DNA of 64,000 nt from IMGVR_UViG_3300010399_000031:124001-188000, one strand, 5' to 3'. Positions 49,085 through 57,490 are shown, counted from the stretch's first letter. Notes: generated from the sequence alone by a model not told the origin. Made by a program: numbers and translations.

Positions 49085-50127
49085 CAACCGATTCGTACCA
49101 ACTTTCATCCGTATATCTGACTTATAAAGATGGAAAACCGATCATTTTCATGCATTATCCATTCATCGCCAAGGCAGGGCAAATACAGTATTACTACACG
49201 GGAATAGATGGAGTAAGCATCGATCAAAACGAAGCTATGCTTTTTGATGACCATACCGAAGCGATTGGTTTCTCGGAGGTACTTCGTATCGCACTTGCAC
49301 GATACTTGAAGTCTACAGATAAAGAATTCGCCGATCAACCCGTGATTGAAGAAAAGAAAGAAGTTGAGTCCAGTTTCGACTTCATGCTTTCAATCCAAGG
49401 CGGGGATGGATGGAGTGCGTATTCGCTTTATTTCGCCGAACACGCCGATGGTACTAAGTTTGCGACGCCGACAATCTCGTTGGCAAAACACTTCGACACA
49501 CCCATCGAAGCTGCCCAGTCCAAAGAAGAATTTCTGGCTCGTTTCAAAGACCAAGAAGCCAGTATCTTACCGCCTATCAGAATCTTACCGTTCGATAAGA
49601 ACGCGCTGATTCCCGTTTCACCCAATGAAGCAGCGCAGCATTTGGGGATACCGGCCAATCCTGATCCAAAACCTTCACGTGAGTCGTACTTCGTCATTCG
49701 TTTTGTTGATCCTACTCGGGAAAACGATACGACGGGTGAAATTACCACATCGAACTGGGTGCGTTACTATTGCGAGGCAGACACCGCAGACTTCATGGAG
49801 GCCGCTGAAGTATTCGACGATGTGACGAGTGCCACCAAAATCTTTAATCGTCTGCGAGAGGCCAGCATCGAAGATGGCCCGCTCATCGAGCTTGCCAAAG
49901 AAAGTATCATACTCAAGCTGCGCTTGCTCGGCCAGATCGAGCAAGAAATGGGGATGGATGGAGTGCGAATCCGTTTTAACGAGAACATGATCATTCAGGT
50001 GCTCTCGGTGATGGAGACAGAGACGGGTGAGTTGCAATGGAACATCATCGTGCAGGATGACTATCGATGGGTCTATACCGATCACAGTCAAGACGCTGAG
50101 GACGAGCAAGAAGAAGACGAAGACTAA
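49081..50127 (+). CDS. acidic protein with three small repeated domains
   Basis: 348 aa, GGAG RBS, TTG start. Confidence 0.65.
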   Translation: MTTDSYQLSSVYLTYKDGKPIIFMHYPFIAKAGQIQYYYTGIDGVSIDQNEAMLFDDHTEAIGFSEVLRIALARYLKSTDKEFADQPVIEEKKEVESSFDFMLSIQGGDGWSAYSLYFAEHADGTKFATPTISLAKHFDTPIEAAQSKEEFLARFKDQEASILPPIRILPFDKNALIPVSPNEAAQHLGIPANPDPKPSRESYFVIRFVDPTRENDTTGEITTSNWVRYYCEADTADFMEAAEVFDDVTSATKIFNRLREASIEDGPLIELAKESIILKLRLLGQIEQEMGMDGVRIRFNENMIIQVLSVMETETGELQWNIIVQDDYRWVYTDHSQDAEDEQEEDED

Positions 50128-50184
50128 GCAATTGTCCGGGGAGCCTAAGCTCCCCTGAATATTTCGAGAAAATAAGGTAAAGAC

Positions 50185-51066
50185 ATGAGTGCAAAGTTCA
50201 ATCCAGAGGAAGAACAATACGCTATCCGTTTCATGTGCTATCAGTGGTCATCGGATGAGTCTCCGGAAGCCATTCAGGATCGCTTTGGGTTGCCACCTAT
50301 AAAAGCGCCGCTGTATCTGGACTGCGAACCGCATGAGCCATGTTTTCTGACATCCGATCTTAATATCGTGACCCCTGTGAATCTTTACCGGGCGCGAGAT
50401 TATGTCAACAATTTCATGCGTGCAGGGTTACCGGCTAGACTTAGCGAAGCCAGTGTGTTCGAGAAATTCAAACTCACCGTTATGACAGGTGAGATCGGTA
50501 TTGACGAAGACGGCCAACTTAAGATTGAATGGCACGCTGGGAATCTTTTTATCGAGATCGTCATGCTTTATGACGAGCCTGCCACGTCGAAACAAATCTA
50601 CAGGGTTGGTAAGGTATTGGCACGCTATGAAGTCTTGGCCAAAGCAGCCGAGGAAGATTACTTCCCACCGTGGGAGATGGACGAAGACCACAAAAAGAAC
50701 AGAGAAGAAGCGCAGCGTATTATTCAAGACGAGGAACTCGTCAAACCTTTCTGCGATAGTCTTCGTTTGCGGGAACGGGTTGTTGCACTTTACAATACCT
50801 CCAATGGTGCGAAGCTCGAAGCGCAGCACTTTAAGATCTTCGGCATTTTACACGAATCAGGACAAATCACGGCGCGTGTGTGTTGCCAGCCGGGCGCGCC
50901 TTACTCGGGCGATCAAGTTATCTTGTTTAATCGCACAGATGACTTCGAAGACCTCACAAGACTCGGTCAACCGATGAAGTTGGGGGAATTTCGCCACTTT
51001 TTCGAGTCTAAAAAGGATCGGGTTTTCGACGATTTCGAAACATGGTTTAACAGTGTCAATCAATAG
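50185..51066 (+). CDS. hypothetical protein
   Basis: AAGGT RBS, 293 aa. Confidence 0.7.
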   Translation: MSAKFNPEEEQYAIRFMCYQWSSDESPEAIQDRFGLPPIKAPLYLDCEPHEPCFLTSDLNIVTPVNLYRARDYVNNFMRAGLPARLSEASVFEKFKLTVMTGEIGIDEDGQLKIEWHAGNLFIEIVMLYDEPATSKQIYRVGKVLARYEVLAKAAEEDYFPPWEMDEDHKKNREEAQRIIQDEELVKPFCDSLRLRERVVALYNTSNGAKLEAQHFKIFGILHESGQITARVCCQPGAPYSGDQVILFNRTDDFEDLTRLGQPMKLGEFRHFFESKKDRVFDDFETWFNSVNQ

Positions 51067-51076
51067 TTAAAAGAAG

Positions 51077-51448
51077 ATGATTCCAAAACTCGTCCTCCTT
51101 GAGCTTCCCGATGACGTGAAGTATCTGGACGACCTTTTGTACACGTTTAAATTTCCAGACTCTTACCTGGAAAAACTCATGTGCAACATTGTCCAGACTT
51201 TGCGTAAGAAGTCGGAAGCTTATATCAACCTTGGTGAGTATGTCGACGACATTCGCCTCAAGGAGGGCGAGCGAGTCGCCAAACACGTCGATAAAATCGG
51301 ACGTGAGATTTACCATCAGTTGTTAGACATCAAAGCGTACTTGCCTAGCGGCGTTACACCCTACGAGTACGCTGGTCGAGAAGAAAACAATTATCTCATC
51401 TTGGAGTTTGATGAGGCGTTCGAAGTAAAAGCAATGGGGTTGCGATGA
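51077..51448 (+). CDS. jumbo-phage paralog family protein
   Basis: PKLVLLELP...IG.EIY.QL...Y...G..PY.Y.G. Confidence 0.6.
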   Translation: MIPKLVLLELPDDVKYLDDLLYTFKFPDSYLEKLMCNIVQTLRKKSEAYINLGEYVDDIRLKEGERVAKHVDKIGREIYHQLLDIKAYLPSGVTPYEYAGREENNYLILEFDEAFEVKAMGLR

Positions 51449-51654
51449 TTATTCTGGGAAGTGATAGCCACAGTTGTGGTGAATTGGAGTGTCCGTTGAC
51501 ATTCTGTAATTGCTCGTGCCACCGTGGTACGGGTATGGTGCATTTCATGCAGTGCTGCTGGATGGAGACGTGCAACAAGTGCGGCAAGACGTTCAATAAC
51601 GTCACGGCTAATTTCGACCGCCTAAGGGGACGAAATGGCGAACAGACAACCTGA
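51445..51654 (+). CDS. Cys-rich small protein
   Basis: ATGA overlap; 9 Cys in 69 aa. Confidence 0.5.
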   Translation: MIILGSDSHSCGELECPLTFCNCSCHRGTGMVHFMQCCWMETCNKCGKTFNNVTANFDRLRGRNGEQTT

Positions 51655-52117
51655 TAAGTACATCATGAAGAAAAAATATCGGATTCAGATCGCCATTTGC
51701 GGGGAAAACCCACAAGCGTTGGGTACACGTGAACACGATCGTAAATTCTTCTTTTTCAAGATCCCGCCAAAGTTAGAGTGGGTTCCTTTTGGTGGCGATC
51801 GGAAAGCTAGAGTGCTTCAATTCGATCGCGATGAAGCAAAATACATTATCGCGCACATCCTGGGTGGTTCACACCGCGAGCGTCAATGGTGGGCCAATGA
51901 ATGGGACTACCTGAAAATGGCTGCGTGCATTCGTCATAGTCCGACGAATGTGGTAACGGAGAAAGTGGCTTATTCCGAACACTTGAAACGACACGTGAAG
52001 CTGATTCACGCGCTTTGGGTGAGCATTGAGCTAGTCGACACGAGTAAAGATGACTTTGTCGTGTACGAGCAGGAGCTTGACTTTTTCACTTCGCAGAACT
52101 TTACGCTGCAAGACTAA
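51635..52117 (+). CDS. hypothetical protein
   Basis: AAGGGG RBS, 160 aa. Confidence 0.6.
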   Translation: MANRQPDKYIMKKKYRIQIAICGENPQALGTREHDRKFFFFKIPPKLEWVPFGGDRKARVLQFDRDEAKYIIAHILGGSHRERQWWANEWDYLKMAACIRHSPTNVVTEKVAYSEHLKRHVKLIHALWVSIELVDTSKDDFVVYEQELDFFTSQNFTLQD

Positions 52118-52145
52118 AAACGTCTTTCAAAAAGGAACAAAAGAA

Positions 52146-52205
52146 ATGAGCATCAAATCAGATCGCTGGATTCGACGCCAATGTATCCCTCCCGATGGTA
52201 CGTGA
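52146..52205 (+). pseudogene. dcd: 5' remnant of dCTP deaminase gene
   Basis: AAGGA RBS then MSIKSDRWIRRQCIPPDGT*, matching betaproteobacterial Dcd N-terminus MSIKSDKWIRR. Confidence 0.5.
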
Positions 52206-52303
52206 TGTCTAAGTCGTTTAACTTCAACCCACAGGTAATTGTTCTGATCCTGATGGCGATTGACGTACTTGTTCGTGTCGCTCTGTGGTTCTTTAACCAT
52301 TGA
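52205..52303 (+). CDS. 32-aa membrane peptide (missed by ORF track)
   Basis: TGATG coupling on both sides; VIVLILMAIDVLVRVALWFF. Confidence 0.5.
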   Translation: MSKSFNFNPQVIVLILMAIDVLVRVALWFFNH

Positions 52304-52632
52304 TGTTGGTGCGAACTATTGGAGAAGTCATGAGAATCGATTCGGTTATAAAGGAATTGGACGGAGCCAACGAGAATGTGGGTCGTGCATTGGCTCTTAA
52401 TCGAATAGCTTTTTGGTTATGTGCAGTGGTAACACTAATCGTTGTGTTCTTTGCCGCAGGACTCTTCTTCCACTGGGCTGCTTCTATTTGGATACTCGAT
52501 GGACAGCAGTACAAGTTCTGCCTTCAACATGGTTTCACGGATTCAGTAACAGTCAGTCTTGGCGATAAGCAATTTTATTGCACTACTGTTGTTCAGACGG
52601 TTCCGGCTCAAGCACTCGGTTGGAAAAACTAA
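52303..52632 (+). CDS. membrane protein
   Basis: TGATG coupling; TM IAFWLCAVVTLIVVFFAAGLFF. Confidence 0.6.
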   Translation: MLVRTIGEVMRIDSVIKELDGANENVGRALALNRIAFWLCAVVTLIVVFFAAGLFFHWAASIWILDGQQYKFCLQHGFTDSVTVSLGDKQFYCTTVVQTVPAQALGWKN

Positions 52633-52721
52633 ATTCAACAACAAGATGATTGGGGAGGGATATAATACGAGGTGGATGCTTCATCTCGTATACATTCCAT
52701 GTTTTGATTGGGGGCCTTAAA

Positions 52722-52877
52722 GTGAGTGAGACCGCGAGAGATTTGATTTTGACTCGTTCAGACATGCAACGCATGGTCGATGTTGAGTTGAAGAAACAGT
52801 TGAAAGAAGAGCTGCGTAAGATGGCTCGCAACATCATTGCACCGGGTGTACGCCAGCAATGTAAAGAAGGCTGTTAA
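52722..52877 (+). CDS. small hypothetical protein
   Basis: GGGGG RBS-like, GTG start; start uncertain. Confidence 0.4.
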   Translation: MSETARDLILTRSDMQRMVDVELKKQLKEELRKMARNIIAPGVRQQCKEGC

Positions 52878-52980
52878 GTTTGCCACGGGGCCGGGGAGGA
52901 AACTCTCCGGCTTTATGCCCTAGGGTATTGTGTTTTTACTGGTTCGATCGATTTTGTGGATATAGATTGGAGAACAAAAA

Positions 52981-53340
52981 ATGCCTAAGTATTACGTGGT
53001 TGACGCTGATGCGCTACATCATCTCTTGAACGCAATCAGTGGACCTGGACACCACATACGGGAGTTACAAGTTACGCGCAATCTACCGCTTCTACCGGGT
53101 CAGTCGCCTAACCCGATTGATGTGATCGAAAAGCAAGTCAAGATGCAGTATCATCTTCCGACTGAAGAAATCATCAGGGAGATGAAGTTTGAGCCAGATG
53201 ATGCGCAAACGCTCAAATTCACCATCAATGCACGCACACTTTTGCATAATCCCGATGCAGCTGGGTTGGCATTGAAGGAGTTGGAACCACACTACTGTAA
53301 GAACGGTGGTTGGAAGTTACCTGAGAAGAAAGAAAGTTAA
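52981..53340 (+). CDS. hypothetical protein
   Basis: GGAG RBS, 119 aa. Confidence 0.65.
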   Translation: MPKYYVVDADALHHLLNAISGPGHHIRELQVTRNLPLLPGQSPNPIDVIEKQVKMQYHLPTEEIIREMKFEPDDAQTLKFTINARTLLHNPDAAGLALKELEPHYCKNGGWKLPEKKES

Positions 53341-53361
53341 ACACACTCAAAGAGGAACCAA

Positions 53362-54060
53362 ATGACGACTTCATCAGTTGAAACTACACTTCAGTCGCTT
53401 ATGGATGCGATTGTCTCCGGGGAATTCGAATACGGCGTGCCGCCGCAAGACGTGTTGGCGTTGCGCTACAATGTCAGTCGGACCGTGCTGCGCGAAGCGA
53501 TTGCCAAGTTGGAAGCCAACAACGTCTTGGACTCGCGCCCCAAGATCGGCACCAAGGTCAAACCGCGTAGCGAGTGGCTCTTGATCAACCAGATCATCTC
53601 GCAAAACTACTTCAAGAACAATTCCAGCAAGCAGCAGTTGGGTGATACGTTGGACTTGTTCTACACGGCGGGGTCTCACGCCGCGTACCTGACGAGCGGG
53701 CGCATCGAATCCGTGCTCGAAATCTTTCCACCATTTGAGTTCGATGTTCAAGGTGTTGCCGAGATGCACCGGTGGATCTTCGAGAAATGCGGTAACGCCA
53801 TCTACGCACAGATGGGTACTCTCATGGAGGAGTTCATCTTGGCAACTGCGGATGCGGCTGGACTGGAGAACCCGAAGTCCACGAATCTGTACTACCACCG
53901 CAACATCTACTCGATACTCGCAGGAGAGAAGCACCCCAAGACCATGGAGTTTTTACGCCAAGCGTATTCGAATCTTTACCACTCGATGTATCAGTGCATT
54001 TTCTCCGAGTCCACTAAACCGGTCTTCCGAGATACACCGAAAGAAGAGAAGGTGTCTTAA
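53362..54060 (+). CDS. GntR (FadR-type) transcriptional regulator
   Basis: IVSGEF...LALRYNVSRTVLREAI..LEA...L.SRPKIGT.V.PRSEW. Confidence 0.85.
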   Translation: MTTSSVETTLQSLMDAIVSGEFEYGVPPQDVLALRYNVSRTVLREAIAKLEANNVLDSRPKIGTKVKPRSEWLLINQIISQNYFKNNSSKQQLGDTLDLFYTAGSHAAYLTSGRIESVLEIFPPFEFDVQGVAEMHRWIFEKCGNAIYAQMGTLMEEFILATADAAGLENPKSTNLYYHRNIYSILAGEKHPKTMEFLRQAYSNLYHSMYQCIFSESTKPVFRDTPKEEKVS

Positions 54061-54119
54061 GCGACAGCATAATCCGGGAGGAGAATCTCCTCCCGTGTTT
54101 AACCATTTAGAGGTGGACA

Positions 54120-54746
54120 ATGAGAATCCCGATCGATAGTGTTTCAAAGAAACCGGTGTGGTGGGCGTGGGGAGATGGCGGTCACAAAGTTGTGAGTGAC
54201 TTCGCGGGTAAGAGGATTGTAGCGGTTCAGCCTAAGGTGCCGGGTCAATTGAATAATCCGCTCCCGCAATGGTCAACAAATATGGAAGAGCTTACAGCGA
54301 TGCCGAAGAATTACTCCGGCTGGGTGTTGAAGCATCATGAGAGAAAACAAACGATCGAGGAGTTCAACCAAGGAATAGCGGTAGTCGAGTACGACTATGC
54401 TTACTTCTTCCTGCGTCGTCTCGAAGATGTAACTGAAAATCGCATCGTTATCAAGCTCAACAACGTACAGCTTTACGAGATGCGCAGCGCCCGTAAGAGT
54501 TTTCTTGAATTGACTGACAAGGAAGACGATGAATTGGTCAAACCGATGCTCACCTCAGAGGTTGCACTTTACGATGAAGATTTGAAATTCATCGGAAGTA
54601 TCAATCCTTTTTATTCTATCAATAGCGGTGGGTTCGATTCGATAGAAATCTTGATCGATACTCGCAGCGCCGAGCAGATTGCAGCAAGCGATGCTGCGTG
54701 GGAGCGTAGTGAGCGCGAGCGGGTAGCGCGCGGTGCGTTGATGTAA
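54120..54746 (+). CDS. hypothetical protein
   Basis: GAGGTG RBS, 208 aa. Confidence 0.65.
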   Translation: MRIPIDSVSKKPVWWAWGDGGHKVVSDFAGKRIVAVQPKVPGQLNNPLPQWSTNMEELTAMPKNYSGWVLKHHERKQTIEEFNQGIAVVEYDYAYFFLRRLEDVTENRIVIKLNNVQLYEMRSARKSFLELTDKEDDELVKPMLTSEVALYDEDLKFIGSINPFYSINSGGFDSIEILIDTRSAEQIAASDAAWERSERERVARGALM

Positions 54747-54764
54747 AACGATTGACAGCATATT

Positions 54765-54795
54765 GGGAGGAAATACTCCTCCCTCTTTTTTTTTT
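54765..54795 (+). terminator. terminator insulating the array operon
   Basis: GGGAGGA...TCCTCCC + T10. Confidence 0.75.
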
Positions 54796-54803
54796 GTCTA
54801 TTC

Positions 54804-54828
54804 TAGAAAATTTGAGACATATATAACT
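54804..54828 (+). promoter_or_regulatory. putative phage early promoter motif (copy 3), array leader
   Basis: TAGAAAATTTGAGACATATATAACT, about 20 nt before first array unit. Confidence 0.55.
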
Positions 54829-54846
54829 TACTGGATTAGACTAGGT

Positions 54847-55755
54847 ATTTAATCAAACTCCAACAAACACCCAATAAGTATTAGTGTATCAAATTGCCGT
54901 AATCATCCATTGTTGGACAGTGTATCATTGAAAGAATAATCACTCATTAGCCATTAGTGTATCAATCGCATATATTCACCCAGGTGACGTAAGTGTATCA
55001 ATCAGCCCCATTCACCCATTGGAATAAAGTGTATCAATGTCCAATAACCACCCACTGCTTACTAGTGTATCACAGTGAACTAGACACCCAATCGAGAATA
55101 GTGTACCACGTTACGGTATTCACCCAATGGATGCGAGTGTATCAATGCAAGCCATACATCCAAACAAAGAAAGTGCGTCAAGATACCAGAACCACACAGT
55201 ACGAGGTAACGCATCAAACAAGGCAAAACATCCATCGTGAAAGAGTGTATCAGTCGACCCAATCACCCATTGAAGGAAAATGAGACGTATCGGATTAGAC
55301 AACCCGTGATGGCCATCGAATCAAGGACCTCAATTCATCCAGAAAAGGAAAGTGCATCAATGGAACGAAGTCGCCCAAGAGAGTAAAATGTATCAGAAGA
55401 GGTGAATCGCCCGTGGTTATTCAATGTATCAAACGGCCACAGTCACCCAGTATAGCGGAGTGCATCAATAGCAGACATTCACACAAGGTGGGTCAGTGTA
55501 TCATGGAAAGTTAATTACCCATGGCATGAGAGTGTATTAGAGGATCAAAGACATCCAATCCCAAGCAATGTATCATAGTAGGGAATTCACCCAGTTGGAA
55601 CAAATGTATCAAAATGTCGTATTCACCCATTCTTTGAAAATGCACCATCACCCCTTATTCATCCACCAAAAGGAAGTGTATCAAGAAGCACAACTCACCC
55701 ATTGGGTTGTAGTGTATCAACAGCAGCAATTCACCCAATGCGATACAGTGTCGCC
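54847..55755 (+). ncRNA. TIGR-like dual-repeat guide RNA array (25 x ~36-bp units plus partial terminal repeat)
   Basis: period 36 nt: ARTGYATCA - 9-nt spacer - A(T/A/G)TCACCCA - 9-nt spacer; repeat A starts at 54883, 54919, 54956, 54992 ... 55675, 55711, 55747; reading frames interrupted by stops; directly 5' of Nop-domain gene. Confidence 0.88.
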
Positions 55756-55812
55756 CACCACGACACACTAAGAAACCATTTTTATTCGAACTAAAGAAAG
55801 GAATAGAGCACC

Positions 55813-57066
55813 ATGAGCCAAGAAACGATTATCCCCACATACAACCCGAACATCTCCGTGATTCGCACGATGGTGCGCTCAGCTTACGACATGCAACTGT
55901 TGCGCATCCAGATGGGCAACCGCGTGACCGCCAGCTTCAAAGTCAAGCTCGGCCTTCGCCAAGACGGCATGAGTGAGAAGGACCTCGAAAAGCAAGAAAA
56001 GGGTCTACTCGATCAGCTACGTGCTTCTTACGCCCGCATCACCGACGGCATCATCGAAGAGCATGGTGAAGACATCAAGGTCAAGAAGTTGCCGACTGAA
56101 AAGAAGTTCGTCGGCGATGAGCTGATTACCCACTACAGCGAATTGTTGCTCGTAGATAACTACCTGGCTACGCTCAGGAATGAAGAGCGACATTTCAAGG
56201 ACATGGAGAAGATCCTAAAGAAGATCCCGGTCTACACCGAGTTCCTCGAAAACGTTCGTGGTATTGGTCCAGCCATGGCGGGCGTGATCATCTCCGAGAT
56301 TGACATCTACAAGGCGCAGTATCCGTCTAGCCTTTGGATGTTGGCAGGGCTCGATGTCGTTCACGTCGGTAAGTACACCGACGATAAAGGGGTCGAGCGC
56401 ACAGTGCGGGGTTGGGAGATCGACCAATGGTACTCCAACGACCAGAACATCGATAAGGAGTTCCTCGCTGAAGGCAAGTACCCGGTTCACTTCGAAGCCC
56501 ATGGTCGTTCGCGTAAAGAGTTTTGTCTCGTGCGACGCACCTACGTCAACAAAGCGGGTGAGCAAAGTGAGCGTGACTCAATCACGTTCAATCCGTTTCT
56601 GAAGACGAAGTTGGTCGGGGTGCTCGGCACGTCTTTCTTGCGTGCTGGTATCGCAACGGTTGATGGTAAGAAGACCGGTGGTGCGGCTCGCTTGGCACTT
56701 GCCAAGGCAGAAGGGTTCGATCCGAAGGATTACGTTGAGATGGACGAAGATCAAGCAGTGATCGTCTACCTACGTGCTAAGGGTCACGAGGTTGTGGTGG
56801 AGCCGAGCCCTTACTCGGTGATTTACAACAACTACAAGAACCGTCTGAACAACGATCCGCGTCACATCGAGAAGAGCGCGCTTCACAAGCACAACATGGC
56901 CATTCGCTACATGGTCAAGCGTTTTCTGGTTGACCTCTATAACCACTGGCGTAAGCTGGAAGGTTTGGTTGTCGCCCCGGAGTATTCGGAAGGGGTACTC
57001 GGCAAAGTACACGGTGAAGCTAAGGAAGCTGGTTGGCAACATCCGCGCTATCGTAGGTCCGCTTAA
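55813..57066 (+). CDS. TasA-like Nop-domain RNA-guided protein (IS110 C-terminal/Nop56-58-related), no RuvC or HNH
   Basis: coiled N-terminus (YDMQ.LRI..GNR), L..VRGIGP..AG.IISEID...PSSLW..AGL, FNPFLKTKL, H..A.R..VK.FL.DLY..WR.LEG; 57 nt after array. Confidence 0.82.
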   Translation: MSQETIIPTYNPNISVIRTMVRSAYDMQLLRIQMGNRVTASFKVKLGLRQDGMSEKDLEKQEKGLLDQLRASYARITDGIIEEHGEDIKVKKLPTEKKFVGDELITHYSELLLVDNYLATLRNEERHFKDMEKILKKIPVYTEFLENVRGIGPAMAGVIISEIDIYKAQYPSSLWMLAGLDVVHVGKYTDDKGVERTVRGWEIDQWYSNDQNIDKEFLAEGKYPVHFEAHGRSRKEFCLVRRTYVNKAGEQSERDSITFNPFLKTKLVGVLGTSFLRAGIATVDGKKTGGAARLALAKAEGFDPKDYVEMDEDQAVIVYLRAKGHEVVVEPSPYSVIYNNYKNRLNNDPRHIEKSALHKHNMAIRYMVKRFLVDLYNHWRKLEGLVVAPEYSEGVLGKVHGEAKEAGWQHPRYRRSA

Positions 57067-57093
57067 ATCCAGTCATTCAGAGAGGAATTTACC

Positions 57094-57468
57094 ATGAGCA
57101 TCAAAGAACTTCTGGAACCGTTTCAAGTCGACGCTGAACAGCAACCGATTACACCCGAAGTGTTTTTTGCACGAAGCTTTCAAGTCGCATTGAGGGACCT
57201 GAATATCACTTCGGTGAAATGGGACGAACTGATGTCGGCGTATCTGGAGAAACACTTCGCTGCACAAGGGGTGGTGGCAACTCGTGCAGATATTAAATCT
57301 GCACGAGCAAACCTCTCGAAGCAACTGTGCGAACTGAACATGTCGTGGAAAGTCTATCTGAAGGGCATGGAAATGCTCGGCTTCGATATGGTCAATATCC
57401 GACTTGCTGGCGTCAAGCAGGAAGAGGTCCAGACTACCTTGGGATTAGCGGTTAAGCTTCCTCAATAA
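57094..57468 (+). CDS. conserved jumbo-phage hypothetical protein
   Basis: GAGGA RBS; ANL.KQL...NMSWKVY.KG motif. Confidence 0.65.
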   Translation: MSIKELLEPFQVDAEQQPITPEVFFARSFQVALRDLNITSVKWDELMSAYLEKHFAAQGVVATRADIKSARANLSKQLCELNMSWKVYLKGMEMLGFDMVNIRLAGVKQEEVQTTLGLAVKLPQ

Positions 57469-57490
57469 ACAAAAAGGATGGAATAGAAAC

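Noticed and set aside
54983-54991. Spacer GGTGACGTA matches near 4825 and 40910 (self-targeting)
   Set aside because: Single 9-mers are expected by chance in 64 kb, and the partner spacer is not adjacent; a full paired search could not be done by eye
54847-55755. CRISPR array interpretation
   Set aside because: Two alternating 9-nt repeats with 9-nt spacers rather than one 25-40 nt repeat with 30-nt spacers; no cas genes
54993-55771. Protein-coding 12-aa repeat (VYQ...FTH ORFs 54993-55283 and 55568-55771, and minus-strand ORFs)
   Set aside because: In-frame stops occur in spacers (TGA ~55403, TAG ~55469), two register slips break the frame, and no RBS was seen; the ORFs are by-products of the 36-nt period
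55813-57066. Active IS110 transposon
   Set aside because: No DEDD RuvC domain and no catalytic-serine loop; upstream is a multi-unit array rather than a single bridge RNA
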